Shown piece after piece: positions 38,173 to 46,031 of a stretch of 64,000 bases of DNA (position 1 is its first letter; each line of letters begins with the position of its first letter). The position numbers were made by a program, and so were the translations under genes. The stretch is from Chthonomonadaceae bacterium (GTDB lineage Bacteria; Armatimonadota; Chthonomonadetes; Chthonomonadales; Chthonomonadaceae), in contig DASRGZ010000096.1 of NCBI GenBank assembly GCA_035650735.1, forward strand, positions 23,526-87,525, in the 5' to 3' direction. Under the pieces are notes generated by a model. The model was not told where the DNA came from, made no database searches, and was given only the letters and a program-made list of their open reading frames with translations.

Positions 38173-41100
38173 ATGAGCCATGACGAACTCCCGCCGCCCG
38201 CTGAGCCTTCGGAAACTGGAGAGAAGGCTGCGGAGACTGCGCGGGAAGCGTCCTCTACGGAGGCTCCGCCTGCGGTCGGTAGGGGCCGCCGTCGCCCGCG
38301 AGCGGCGGGCACGGCTGAGTCCCCTGCGGCTTCCGAACAGGAGAGCGCTGCGCGCGCCCCCCGCCGCCGCAGGAAAGCCGCCGCGACCGCGGCCGCCTCC
38401 GACGTCACGCCTCCCGTAGAGGCATCCCTCGGCGAGGCTTCCGGCGCGAACGCGCCGGAAGTCGCCGCACCCCAGCAAGCTCCAGAGCAAGCTCCCGCCA
38501 GACGGACGCGCCGCCGCGCGGCCCCGTCCCCATCTGCCGTCGAAACGCCGCCCGTTGTCGAAACCGCGCCTGCCCCTGACGCGCCCGTTGTGGAAGGAGT
38601 AGGGCCCGCTATCGAGGCGCCGTCGGTTGCCCTGCCGCCCATACCCGCAGCGGAAGGCGCCGCAGGGCCGGTCGAAGTGGCTGCCGCGCCGGCAGCTGCG
38701 CCAGTGGAAGCGCCTGCCAGAGCGACGCGCCGCCGCGGGCGCAAAGCGGCTGCTCCGGCCCCCGAGTCCGCTGCTTTGGAGCAAGCCGTTGCCGCACCTG
38801 CGGAGGCAGCGCCGCAGCCCAGCCCGTCCTTGTTGAATGTTGAACAGGCCATTCCCGCGCCTGCGGAAGCGGAAGAACAGGCCGGTGCCGCCGCACCCGC
38901 CGAGGCCGTTCCCGTAAAACCTGAGCGGCGCCGTGGCGGTCGCCGCCGCGCGGCGGCACTGCCGCCCGTGGAAGCGCCGGCTCCCGAAGCGGTCGCCGCG
39001 CCAGAGGCCGCCGTAGAACCAGATGCTGCCTCGCTCCCTGCGCCGTCCGCTGAAATCCCGACGGCCGTCCCGTCAGAAGCAGTATCCGTCACGCCGGAGG
39101 TGATCGAGCCGCCGACGCGTGCGCGCCGCGGTCGCCGTGAGCGCGCTGCCCACCGCGGCGCGACGCGGGTTACCCCGGTGGAAGAGGCCGCGGCCACCGT
39201 CGAAGCCATACCCGCGCCGGAGCCGGTTGTCATCGAAGAGAAGGTGGACCGCACCGTCGGCGGGCATCTGGTCTGGCGGCACGGCATGCCAGAGATCTAT
39301 ATCCACGGCGTCGCCTATCCGCCCGTCCTCTTCTTCGGCAATATGGAGGGCACGCGCAACCGGCAGCGCGTCCTCTCGGAGGTGCGCCGCGCCGCCCGCG
39401 CCGGGGTGCATCTGCATTCGACGCTGGTGGAGCTGACCTGTCCGCTGGCCGAACACAGCGAGGCGCTCGACGAGATTGATGAGCTGCTGCGCGCCATCCT
39501 GGAAGCCGATCCTCAAGGCTATATTATGCCGCGCGTCGTCTTTGTTCCTGCACGCGGCTGGAAACGGGAATATCCCACTGAGATCGCCACCTATGCCGAC
39601 GGCACCACCGGCGATCCCTCCATCACCAGCGAGCGCTTCTGGCAGGAGGCGGAGCATTCGCTCGTCACCCTCATCGAGCACCTGCGCCTGACCGAGTGGG
39701 GCCGGCACATCTTCGGCTACCACCTGGAGCGGGGCGAGTGGTTCCAGCCCGCCGATCAAGGCTACGATCGCAGCATGGCCAACCGGGATGCCTTCCGCGA
39801 TTGGCTGCGCGAAAAGTACAAGAACAACCTGGTCGCCCTGCGCGCCGCCTGGTACGATGGCGATGTGCAGTTCCATACCGCCGAGATACCGCCCCTGATC
39901 GCCAAGCCCAACCCGAATCTGGCCTTTTATGAGCCGAGACGGCAGCGGCGGTATATTGATTTCAACGAGTTCACCGCGGAGAGCACGGCCCGGCGGCTGA
40001 TTCAGTTGGCGCGCGTGATCAAGAAGGCGACGAGCAACCAGGCCATCGTCTCGGTCTGCTACGGCTACACGCTGGAGTTCGGGCATCCCTACAGCGGGCA
40101 CCTGGCCCTGGGAATGCTGCTCTCGACGCAGGCCATCAACCTGATCTGCGGCCCCCCCTCCTACCGCGACCGCAAGCCGGGCGGGGCCGCCTCCCTGCCG
40201 GCGCCCGTCGACTCGCTGCCCCTGCACGGCAAGCTCTGGCTCTCGGAGGATGACACCAAAACCTACCTGGCCCCGGCCCAGCAGGAGCCGGGCGACTTCA
40301 ACCCGCGCCTGGGAGACCGCTTCCTGACTGAGCAGGCGCAGGCCCGCACGATGGGCCATGCCCTGACGCATCTGACCGGCGTGGATTGGATGGACCTCTG
40401 GGGCGAGGGCTGGCTGGATGATGAGGCTATCTGGGAGCGGCTGGGCGCCTTCACCGCGCGCTACGCCGCCTTCCTCAAGCAGCACGAGCGGCCGCAGGCC
40501 CCGGAAGTGATCGCCCTGATCGATGAGAAAAGCCTGCTGCACGTCCAGCGTGGGGAAGCCTTCTTTCGCAAGCTGACCAACGGCCTGCGCGACTCGCTGC
40601 AGCGCGCGGGCATCTCTTACGGCACCTACCTCCAGAGCGATCTGCTGGCCAGGGACTTTCCGACCGGCGCCAAGCTCTACCTGTTCCTGACGCCCTACCG
40701 CCTCACGTCGGAGCAGCGCGCCGCCATCAAGGAGAAGCTGCAGCGCGATGGCAAAACGCTGGCCTGGCTCTACGCGCCCGGCACCTGCGACGAGCATCCG
40801 AGCATGAGCGGCATGATGGAAGAGACGGCGCACGGAGCCATCGGCATTACGCTGCGGCAGCAGGAGTGGAACTCCGAGGTCGGGTCGCGGGTCATCGAGC
40901 CCTACCATCCGATCACCGAGCGCCTGCCCAGCCGCGAGTACGGCACGCGCGAGCGACTCAACCCTTCGTTCTATGTGGATGACTCTGGAGCCAAAACGCT
41001 GGCGGAGTACCAGGGCTCGGGCCTACCCTCGCTGGCCGTCCGGGACTTCGGGACGTGGAAATCGGTGTTCGTGGGCGATCCCGTCCTGCCGTTGGAACTG

Positions 41101-41832
41101 CTGCGGGGCATCTGCCGCTATGCGGGCGTGCATCTGTGGTTGGCGCATGGTGACGACGTGGTGATGGTCGGCAACGGCTGGGGGATGATCCACGCTACCA
41201 AAGACGGCCACCGCACGCTGCGCCTGCCCACCTGCACCGGCCTCTACGATGTCGTCGAGCGCCGGCTGGTTGCCGACGAGGTCTGCGAGTACCGCTACTT
41301 CCAGCGCGCCGGGACGACGCGCCTGTTCTGCGTGGGCACGGCGGAGCATTTCCTGAGGCTGGGCCTGCCTAACGTCACCCTGCCCGGCCCGGGACGCGCG
41401 CGCATCGTGCTGGACAGGTCGCAGGAGAAGGAGACAACGCGCCGGGAGACCGGTCGGGAGGCTGGCCGAGAGACCGGCCCTACGGTGCCGGGTCCTCTGC
41501 GCGCGGATCTGGAAACGCTGGAGGCGGTGCTGTCTCTGGACCTCCAGGTCCTCGAAGCCTCCGAGGTGGAAGACCTGGACGGGCTAGATACCATCGCTGA
41601 AGAGGCGCTGCCCGAGGCCGAGTCGCTAGAGATAACGGCTTCCGAGGCGGCTGCCGGAGGAGAGGTCGTCGCCAATGGGCGCCGCCGCCGTCGTCGGGGC
41701 GGGCGGGGACGCTGGCGCAAGCGCACAGGCAGCCTGTCCGAGGGCGCGGAGGAAGCCGCTTCCCCGGAGGCTGCGGAGCCGCCGCCTGCGGAACCACCGG
41801 CCTATGAGGGCGGCTCGGAAGCGGGCGAGTAG
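38173..41832 (+). CDS. Large cytoplasmic protein (1219 aa): ~330-aa Ala/Pro/Glu-rich disordered N-terminus punctuated by Arg clusters, central GH42-like (beta-galactosidase family 42) domains, Arg-rich C-terminal tail
   Basis: Central region matches GH42 landmarks ('AFRDWLREKYKNNLVALRAAWYDGDVQFHTAEIPP' resembles the GH42 'F..WL..KY.tl..LN.aW.t.fws' block, and a trimerisation-domain-like 'EVIALIDEKS...AKLYLFLTPY'). No signal peptide. Recurring RRRxRKAAA motifs. Confidence 0.5.
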   Translation: MSHDELPPPAEPSETGEKAAETAREASSTEAPPAVGRGRRRPRAAGTAESPAASEQESAARAPRRRRKAAATAAASDVTPPVEASLGEASGANAPEVAAPQQAPEQAPARRTRRRAAPSPSAVETPPVVETAPAPDAPVVEGVGPAIEAPSVALPPIPAAEGAAGPVEVAAAPAAAPVEAPARATRRRGRKAAAPAPESAALEQAVAAPAEAAPQPSPSLLNVEQAIPAPAEAEEQAGAAAPAEAVPVKPERRRGGRRRAAALPPVEAPAPEAVAAPEAAVEPDAASLPAPSAEIPTAVPSEAVSVTPEVIEPPTRARRGRRERAAHRGATRVTPVEEAAATVEAIPAPEPVVIEEKVDRTVGGHLVWRHGMPEIYIHGVAYPPVLFFGNMEGTRNRQRVLSEVRRAARAGVHLHSTLVELTCPLAEHSEALDEIDELLRAILEADPQGYIMPRVVFVPARGWKREYPTEIATYADGTTGDPSITSERFWQEAEHSLVTLIEHLRLTEWGRHIFGYHLERGEWFQPADQGYDRSMANRDAFRDWLREKYKNNLVALRAAWYDGDVQFHTAEIPPLIAKPNPNLAFYEPRRQRRYIDFNEFTAESTARRLIQLARVIKKATSNQAIVSVCYGYTLEFGHPYSGHLALGMLLSTQAINLICGPPSYRDRKPGGAASLPAPVDSLPLHGKLWLSEDDTKTYLAPAQQEPGDFNPRLGDRFLTEQAQARTMGHALTHLTGVDWMDLWGEGWLDDEAIWERLGAFTARYAAFLKQHERPQAPEVIALIDEKSLLHVQRGEAFFRKLTNGLRDSLQRAGISYGTYLQSDLLARDFPTGAKLYLFLTPYRLTSEQRAAIKEKLQRDGKTLAWLYAPGTCDEHPSMSGMMEETAHGAIGITLRQQEWNSEVGSRVIEPYHPITERLPSREYGTRERLNPSFYVDDSGAKTLAEYQGSGLPSLAVRDFGTWKSVFVGDPVLPLELLRGICRYAGVHLWLAHGDDVVMVGNGWGMIHATKDGHRTLRLPTCTGLYDVVERRLVADEVCEYRYFQRAGTTRLFCVGTAEHFLRLGLPNVTLPGPGRARIVLDRSQEKETTRRETGREAGRETGPTVPGPLRADLETLEAVLSLDLQVLEASEVEDLDGLDTIAEEALPEAESLEITASEAAAGGEVVANGRRRRRRGGRGRWRKRTGSLSEGAEEAASPEAAEPPPAEPPAYEGGSEAGE

Positions 41833-41837
41833 CGGCC

Positions 41838-42062
41838 ATGAAAACGCCATTCTCCTCCAGGCAGATGGTGGCTTTTAAGATAGGGGCGCGCGCCCGCAAG
41901 TTCGCGCTGGAGGGCTGCCCCATCGAAGGCTACGAGCTTCTGTATAACTCCCTTGCCGAAGCCGAGCGCCTCGACCCGGAGCTGCACGCGCTGCTCCAGG
42001 CGGAACTGGAGAAGTACGAGCGGCGCCTTGCCGCCCTGGATGAAGAGGGAGAAGAGGAGTAG
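41838..42062 (+). CDS. Small acidic helical protein (74 aa), 6 nt downstream of the GH42-like gene
   Basis: ORF in tight linkage. C-terminus 'LAALDEEGEEE'. Confidence 0.35.
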   Translation: MKTPFSSRQMVAFKIGARARKFALEGCPIEGYELLYNSLAEAERLDPELHALLQAELEKYERRLAALDEEGEEE

Positions 42063-42088
42063 GGTTTTACTCAGGTAGGGAGAAAGCC

Positions 42089-42994
42089 ATGTGTACTCCG
42101 CTGTTTGCTGTCGTCTCTGCGGCCCTGATCGCCGCTGGGTTGGCGTGCGCAACGCCGCGCGCAGGGGCCGCTGCCGACGATGCCGGGGCCAAATCGGCGC
42201 TGAAGCCGGAGGTGGCGGCGCTGATTAACCAGGCTACGGCGACCTATAAGAACCTCCAGTCCTATCAGCATACGGCGGTCATGGCGGCGGTGGGCAAGGG
42301 GCCGCAGGGCGACTTTCGCAGCGAAGTTACCTACACGCTCGCGCTGGAGCGCCCGAACAAGTTCGCCTATCGCGTGGACCAACTGCCGGAGGACGCCGTG
42401 CCGGTCTCTGAGGCGGTCTGCGATGGCAAAACCTTCTTCAATTACCGGCTGATCGAGGGGCACGGCAAGCAGTACATCAAAACCCCGGCGCCGGCCACTT
42501 ACAAAGAGATCAACATCGTGGACGATGTGCTCTTTGAGCCGCTGGCGACTTACGTGATTGCGCTGATGCTGCAGGGGGACGCGCTGGCCGATAAAGACGT
42601 GCGGGCGGCGCTGGAGAAGGCGACGCTGCGCCCGAACGTGATGGAGGGCGGAAAGACCTGGCAGGTGCTTGTCGTGCCGTTTGGCCCGAATGAGGCGCCC
42701 TACGAGTTCTATTTTGATTCTGAGACGCACCGCCTGGCCCGGGCGGTAACGCGCCCGCCCCGGCGCGAGGGCCAGCGCTTCTATATCGAATCCCTCACCG
42801 AAACCGTGGACAACGTCAGGCTCAACAAGCCGGTAGATGCCTCCGTGTTCCAGTATGCGCCCCCGGAGGACGCCCGGGAAGTCAAGAAGTTCTCCACGCC
42901 CGGCGAACAACCGCCCGGCACGGCGCGACGAGATCCACGCGGGGGCAGGGCGGTCCGGGCGCTCTCCTCTAGCGGCTGGCCATCCACCGGATAA
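42089..42994 (+). CDS. Putative lipoprotein (LolA-like/DUF2092-like fold suspected)
   Basis: Signal peptide with 'LAC' lipobox. No catalytic motifs. Confidence 0.45.
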   Translation: MCTPLFAVVSAALIAAGLACATPRAGAAADDAGAKSALKPEVAALINQATATYKNLQSYQHTAVMAAVGKGPQGDFRSEVTYTLALERPNKFAYRVDQLPEDAVPVSEAVCDGKTFFNYRLIEGHGKQYIKTPAPATYKEINIVDDVLFEPLATYVIALMLQGDALADKDVRAALEKATLRPNVMEGGKTWQVLVVPFGPNEAPYEFYFDSETHRLARAVTRPPRREGQRFYIESLTETVDNVRLNKPVDASVFQYAPPEDAREVKKFSTPGEQPPGTARRDPRGGRAVRALSSSGWPSTG

Positions 42995-43076
42995 AAATGT
43001 AGTAACCCAGGACCAGACAAAGAATAATCGCGATTATCGCTCCGATCATTGCCATTGGCGTAAATCTCCGTGCTGT

Positions 43077-43532
43077 CTATACTGGCACGCCCTCAGAAGC
43101 CTCCAGATCAATCAGGGCCAGACCCGATTGCGCATCGTATTTGCGCTGTAAGTGCCTGGGTTCCTCCGTCAGCACCACTTCCAGGGTCGGGCGAACGTGC
43201 GCCTCCAGGAGATGCCCACCGTAAGCCGTGCCGTCCGACTTGGCGACGACGACATGGGCATGCACCTGCGGCTGGCCGTCTTTGAGAGCGATATCTCCTA
43301 CCAGGGAGACGACCTCCACCTGCTCCTGGATGGGGATGGGCTTGTACTCCTTCTTCTGCCACTCAAAGTAGGCCAGGACGACATCCTGGAACGCGCCGAT
43401 GGCCGTAAAGTGGCTGCCGCTCAACTGCTGCCTCCTGGCAAAATCGCGTAATCCTGCCATCACCTCATCGCCCGTCTCAAAAATGAGCGCGTAGGTCTTC
43501 TCCGCCTGGTTGGCGAGTAGCCTGGCTTGCAT
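43077..43532 (-). CDS. PPC/DUF296 domain protein (PCC-type)
   Basis: 'TYALIFETGDEVMAGLRDFARRQQL...VVSLVGDIA...AHVVVAKSDGTAYGGHL' are DUF296 blocks. ATG at 43532 is preceded by GGGGGAAAGG. The track's N-terminal extension is encoded by a MITE. Confidence 0.6.
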   Translation of the reverse strand: MQARLLANQAEKTYALIFETGDEVMAGLRDFARRQQLSGSHFTAIGAFQDVVLAYFEWQKKEYKPIPIQEQVEVVSLVGDIALKDGQPQVHAHVVVAKSDGTAYGGHLLEAHVRPTLEVVLTEEPRHLQRKYDAQSGLALIDLEASEGVPV

Positions 43533-43556
43533 GGCCTTTCCCCCGGTGCGCGTGTT

Positions 43557-43645
43557 GATAGGTAGACACTCCCAGCCGTGTGGATCAATCTCACGCAGCC
43601 TGCTGCTGAGGAGATACGTCAACACCGTTGGGAGGGATTACCTGT
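43557..43645 (-). mobile_element. MITE-like repeat family 1, copy D, flanked by 9-bp target-site duplication TGTTGATAG
   Basis: GTAGACACTCCCAGCCGTGTGGATCAATCTCACGCAGCCTGCTGCTGAGGAGATACGTCAACACCGTTGGGAGGGATTACC between perfect direct repeats. Confidence 0.6.
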
Positions 43646-43738
43646 TGATAGCCGATAAACAAAACCCGCCTGTCACAAGGATAGACGGGTTTTGAGAAGA
43701 GAGAGTGCCCGAAATTTGCCTGCGTTCGGCCCGAATTC

Positions 43739-44542
43739 TCAGGAATCGCCGGGCCGGGCCTCCTGTTCCTGGGGCGTCACGATGGGCACCAGGAGATCGC
43801 GAATAAGGACGACGACGATGCCGGCTAAAGGGAGCGCTAGGGACTGAAGCTGCCAGAGCCGCTCGGCGTAGCTGCCGAGGATGGCCCCGACGGCGAACGC
43901 GATCCAGATACCGGCCAGGAGCACCACCTGATTGAACGCGGGATGGCGTGGCGCGGCGCGCAACGCCTTGCACAGACGGCCCCACGGGCGCCCGCGCGTG
44001 CGATCCCAGAGCCAGAAGAGATAGGCCACTCCCTCTTCCGCCATCATGGTGAGCATGCCCGTGATGTAGGTCGTGCGCACGATCTGCCCGCCGACCTTGC
44101 GCAGCGTCGCATTCTGAAGCCCCATCGCCAGGACCGGCAGGGCCATCAGCGGATAGAAGATCCAGGGCGACTCCGGGCGGAGCGCCCTGGTGCGCAAAGC
44201 ATCCTCTCCAAACCACAGAAACGCAAAGAGCAGGATGGCTTCCAGCCCCAGCGCCAGGGAAAATGGAGAGCGCACTCCCCGGCGGCTGGCGGCCTCTGTC
44301 AGCGCGGCGCCCAGGGCAACCCCCAGGACAAACACGGGGATCGGAAAGGCCCGCTGGAACGCCTCGCTCCACTCCCTCTGCCCTATGTGGGCGCCCAGGG
44401 CGGCGGTGTTGCCGCTCATGTGCGCGGTAAACACATGCAGCAGCGTCAGGTAGCCGATGGCGTCCACGGCGCCCCCGACCCACGCCAGCAGAAACGCCAG
44501 CCAGGCATTTGCACGCTCTTTCTGCGCCTGCGCCCGAGACAA
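43739..44542 (-). CDS. YoaK/DUF1275 family membrane protein
   Basis: 'AIGYLTLLHVFTAHMSGNTAALG' DUF1275 signature. TTG start at 44542 after GGAGG avoids overlap with the upstream gene. Confidence 0.55.
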   Translation of the reverse strand: MSRAQAQKERANAWLAFLLAWVGGAVDAIGYLTLLHVFTAHMSGNTAALGAHIGQREWSEAFQRAFPIPVFVLGVALGAALTEAASRRGVRSPFSLALGLEAILLFAFLWFGEDALRTRALRPESPWIFYPLMALPVLAMGLQNATLRKVGGQIVRTTYITGMLTMMAEEGVAYLFWLWDRTRGRPWGRLCKALRAAPRHPAFNQVVLLAGIWIAFAVGAILGSYAERLWQLQSLALPLAGIVVVLIRDLLVPIVTPQEQEARPGDS

Positions 44543-44568
44543 GGAACCTCCTACGCTGCCCCGACCCG

Positions 44569-44907
44569 CTACGGACTGCCCGAACCGCTGCGATCTGCCT
44601 CCTCCTCGGCCTGCTCGCCATGCCGGACGATGCTGCCTTCCTGAAAGAGAATATCCCGCAGGGTGGCTCTCCACTGCGGTTTCTTGCGCAGCAGGAATTC
44701 CAGGTCCATGCCGAAATGCTTGAACTCCTCCTCCTGGGAGTTCTGCATAATGGCCCTGGCCTCGGCGTCCTTCTCTACGGCCAGGCGCTGCTCGTACCAG
44801 TCAATCGCCTGGGCCTCTTCGATGAGCGAGAGGATCATTCGAGCAAACGTGCGCGTCTCCTCCGGCAGCTCGTGCGCAGGCTCATGATACTGATCAAAAG
44901 GCATGCG
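44569..44907 (-). CDS. Ferritin-like/rubrerythrin-like small protein
   Basis: 'EEAQAIDWYEQRL...QNSQEEEFKHFGMDLEF' paired E-x-x-H-like metal-binding helices. ATG at 44907 is preceded by GGGGGAAAAG. Confidence 0.4.
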   Translation of the reverse strand, partial: RMPFDQYHEPAHELPEETRTFARMILSLIEEAQAIDWYEQRLAVEKDAEARAIMQNSQEEEFKHFGMDLEFLLRKKPQWRATLRDILFQEGSIVRHGEQAEEEADRSGSGSP

Positions 44908-44921
44908 GGCTTTTCCCCCTT

Positions 44922-46031
44922 TTATCCTTCCTGCGGGGTCGAGATCGTGACCAGCGCGCCCCCTTCGGGATGCGTCGTGTACCGCACCTCTCCCCGCAGA
45001 TCCCATCGCGCCAGATGATCGATCAGGTCCAGCCCCGTGCTTGCCTGCTGCCGGGCGTCAAAGCCGGGTGGGAAGCCCGGTCCGTGATCGCGCACTTCCA
45101 GGATCAAGTATCCCTTATCCGCGGAGAGGCGGACTTCGATGTCGCCTTCCCCGTGCTTGATCGCGTTGCTGATCAGCTCATTGAGGATGATGGCGAGCGA
45201 GGTGCTCTGGCGCGTAGAGATACGGAGATCGTCGGCTGCCAGCCGGATCTGGCGCCCATAGGTCGTCTGCTGCATCAGCTCGATCAGGCGGGAGAGGATG
45301 GCGCGGGCGGAGACGTGAGTCGCCTGCTCGTCCTGGCGGGCCTGCTTGGTCAGTATGTCGTGTACGGCGGCAAGCGTGCGCACATGCGCGGCGAGCCGGC
45401 GCATCTCCTCTATGGAAACTACCGACTTGCCCTCCAGCACCTGCAGATCGATCATCGCCGAGATGACCTGCAGATTGTTCTTCACCCGGTGGTGGGTCTC
45501 GGTCATCGCGCGCTGGAGCTGGGCGTTGAGCGCCGCGATGTGCGCCTGCTGCCGCTCGGCTTCCGCGCGGGCCTGTTCGGCCTGCTCCAGCAGGTCGCGC
45601 ACCTGATACTGACGCTCGCGCGCCTGAATAGCCGTCCGCACGGCCGAGAGCAGAGAGGGGAGCCGCAGCGGCTTCTCCAGAATGGTGACGTGCGAGAGAA
45701 AGTGCAGGACCTCCTCGCGCTCCCCATGGCTGGTCAGGACGAGCACCGGCAGGTCGGACCAGGGGGGCTGGTGCTCAAGGGCAGCAGCCAGCCGTTCGGC
45801 GCCGTCACCGAGGAGCGCCTCCATGGTCACGATGACTGCGCCGGCGCCGCACCGAATCTCCTGGCAGAACTCCTCCAGGCCCTCGCACAGGTGGGCCGGG
45901 ATGCCCCGTTCGGTCAGTATCTTCAGGGTGAGGGGGCCATCCCGTCCGATAGGCGCATGAACGAGCACGCGCTGCTCGGTCAGGGTGCGCGGGCTTGCCG
46001 TAGAGTGTACTACCGTGGGGGTCTTGCTCAT
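44922..46031 (-). CDS. Sensor histidine kinase, HisKA_2/HWE-type, with N-terminal pseudo-receiver domain
   Basis: 'HHRVKNNLQVISAMIDLQ' HisKA_2 H-box, and 'HGPGFP' in the ATPase domain. The N-terminal REC-like fold has Thr in place of the phospho-acceptor Asp ('AVIVTMEAL'). Start overlaps the KaiC-like stop (ATGA). Confidence 0.7.
   Translation of the reverse strand: MSKTPTVVHSTASPRTLTEQRVLVHAPIGRDGPLTLKILTERGIPAHLCEGLEEFCQEIRCGAGAVIVTMEALLGDGAERLAAALEHQPPWSDLPVLVLTSHGEREEVLHFLSHVTILEKPLRLPSLLSAVRTAIQARERQYQVRDLLEQAEQARAEAERQQAHIAALNAQLQRAMTETHHRVKNNLQVISAMIDLQVLEGKSVVSIEEMRRLAAHVRTLAAVHDILTKQARQDEQATHVSARAILSRLIELMQQTTYGRQIRLAADDLRISTRQSTSLAIILNELISNAIKHGEGDIEVRLSADKGYLILEVRDHGPGFPPGFDARQQASTGLDLIDHLARWDLRGEVRYTTHPEGGALVTISTPQEG

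Noticed and set aside
42071-42910. 279-aa minus-strand ORF
   Set aside because: Entirely antisense to the 42089-42994 lipoprotein gene, which has a signal peptide and lipobox. It has no motifs and is a high-GC frame artefact.
43533-43625. N-terminal extension 'MLTYLLSSRLREIDPHGWECLPINTRTGGKA' of the DUF296 ORF
   Set aside because: Encoded by MITE copy D. An internal ATG at 43532 with a GGGGGAAAGG RBS gives the expected domain length.
43638-44621. 327-aa minus-strand ORF in alternative frame to the YoaK-like gene
   Set aside because: Arg/Gly/Ala-rich low-complexity translation typical of off-frame GC-rich DNA. The overlapping frame carries the DUF1275 signature.
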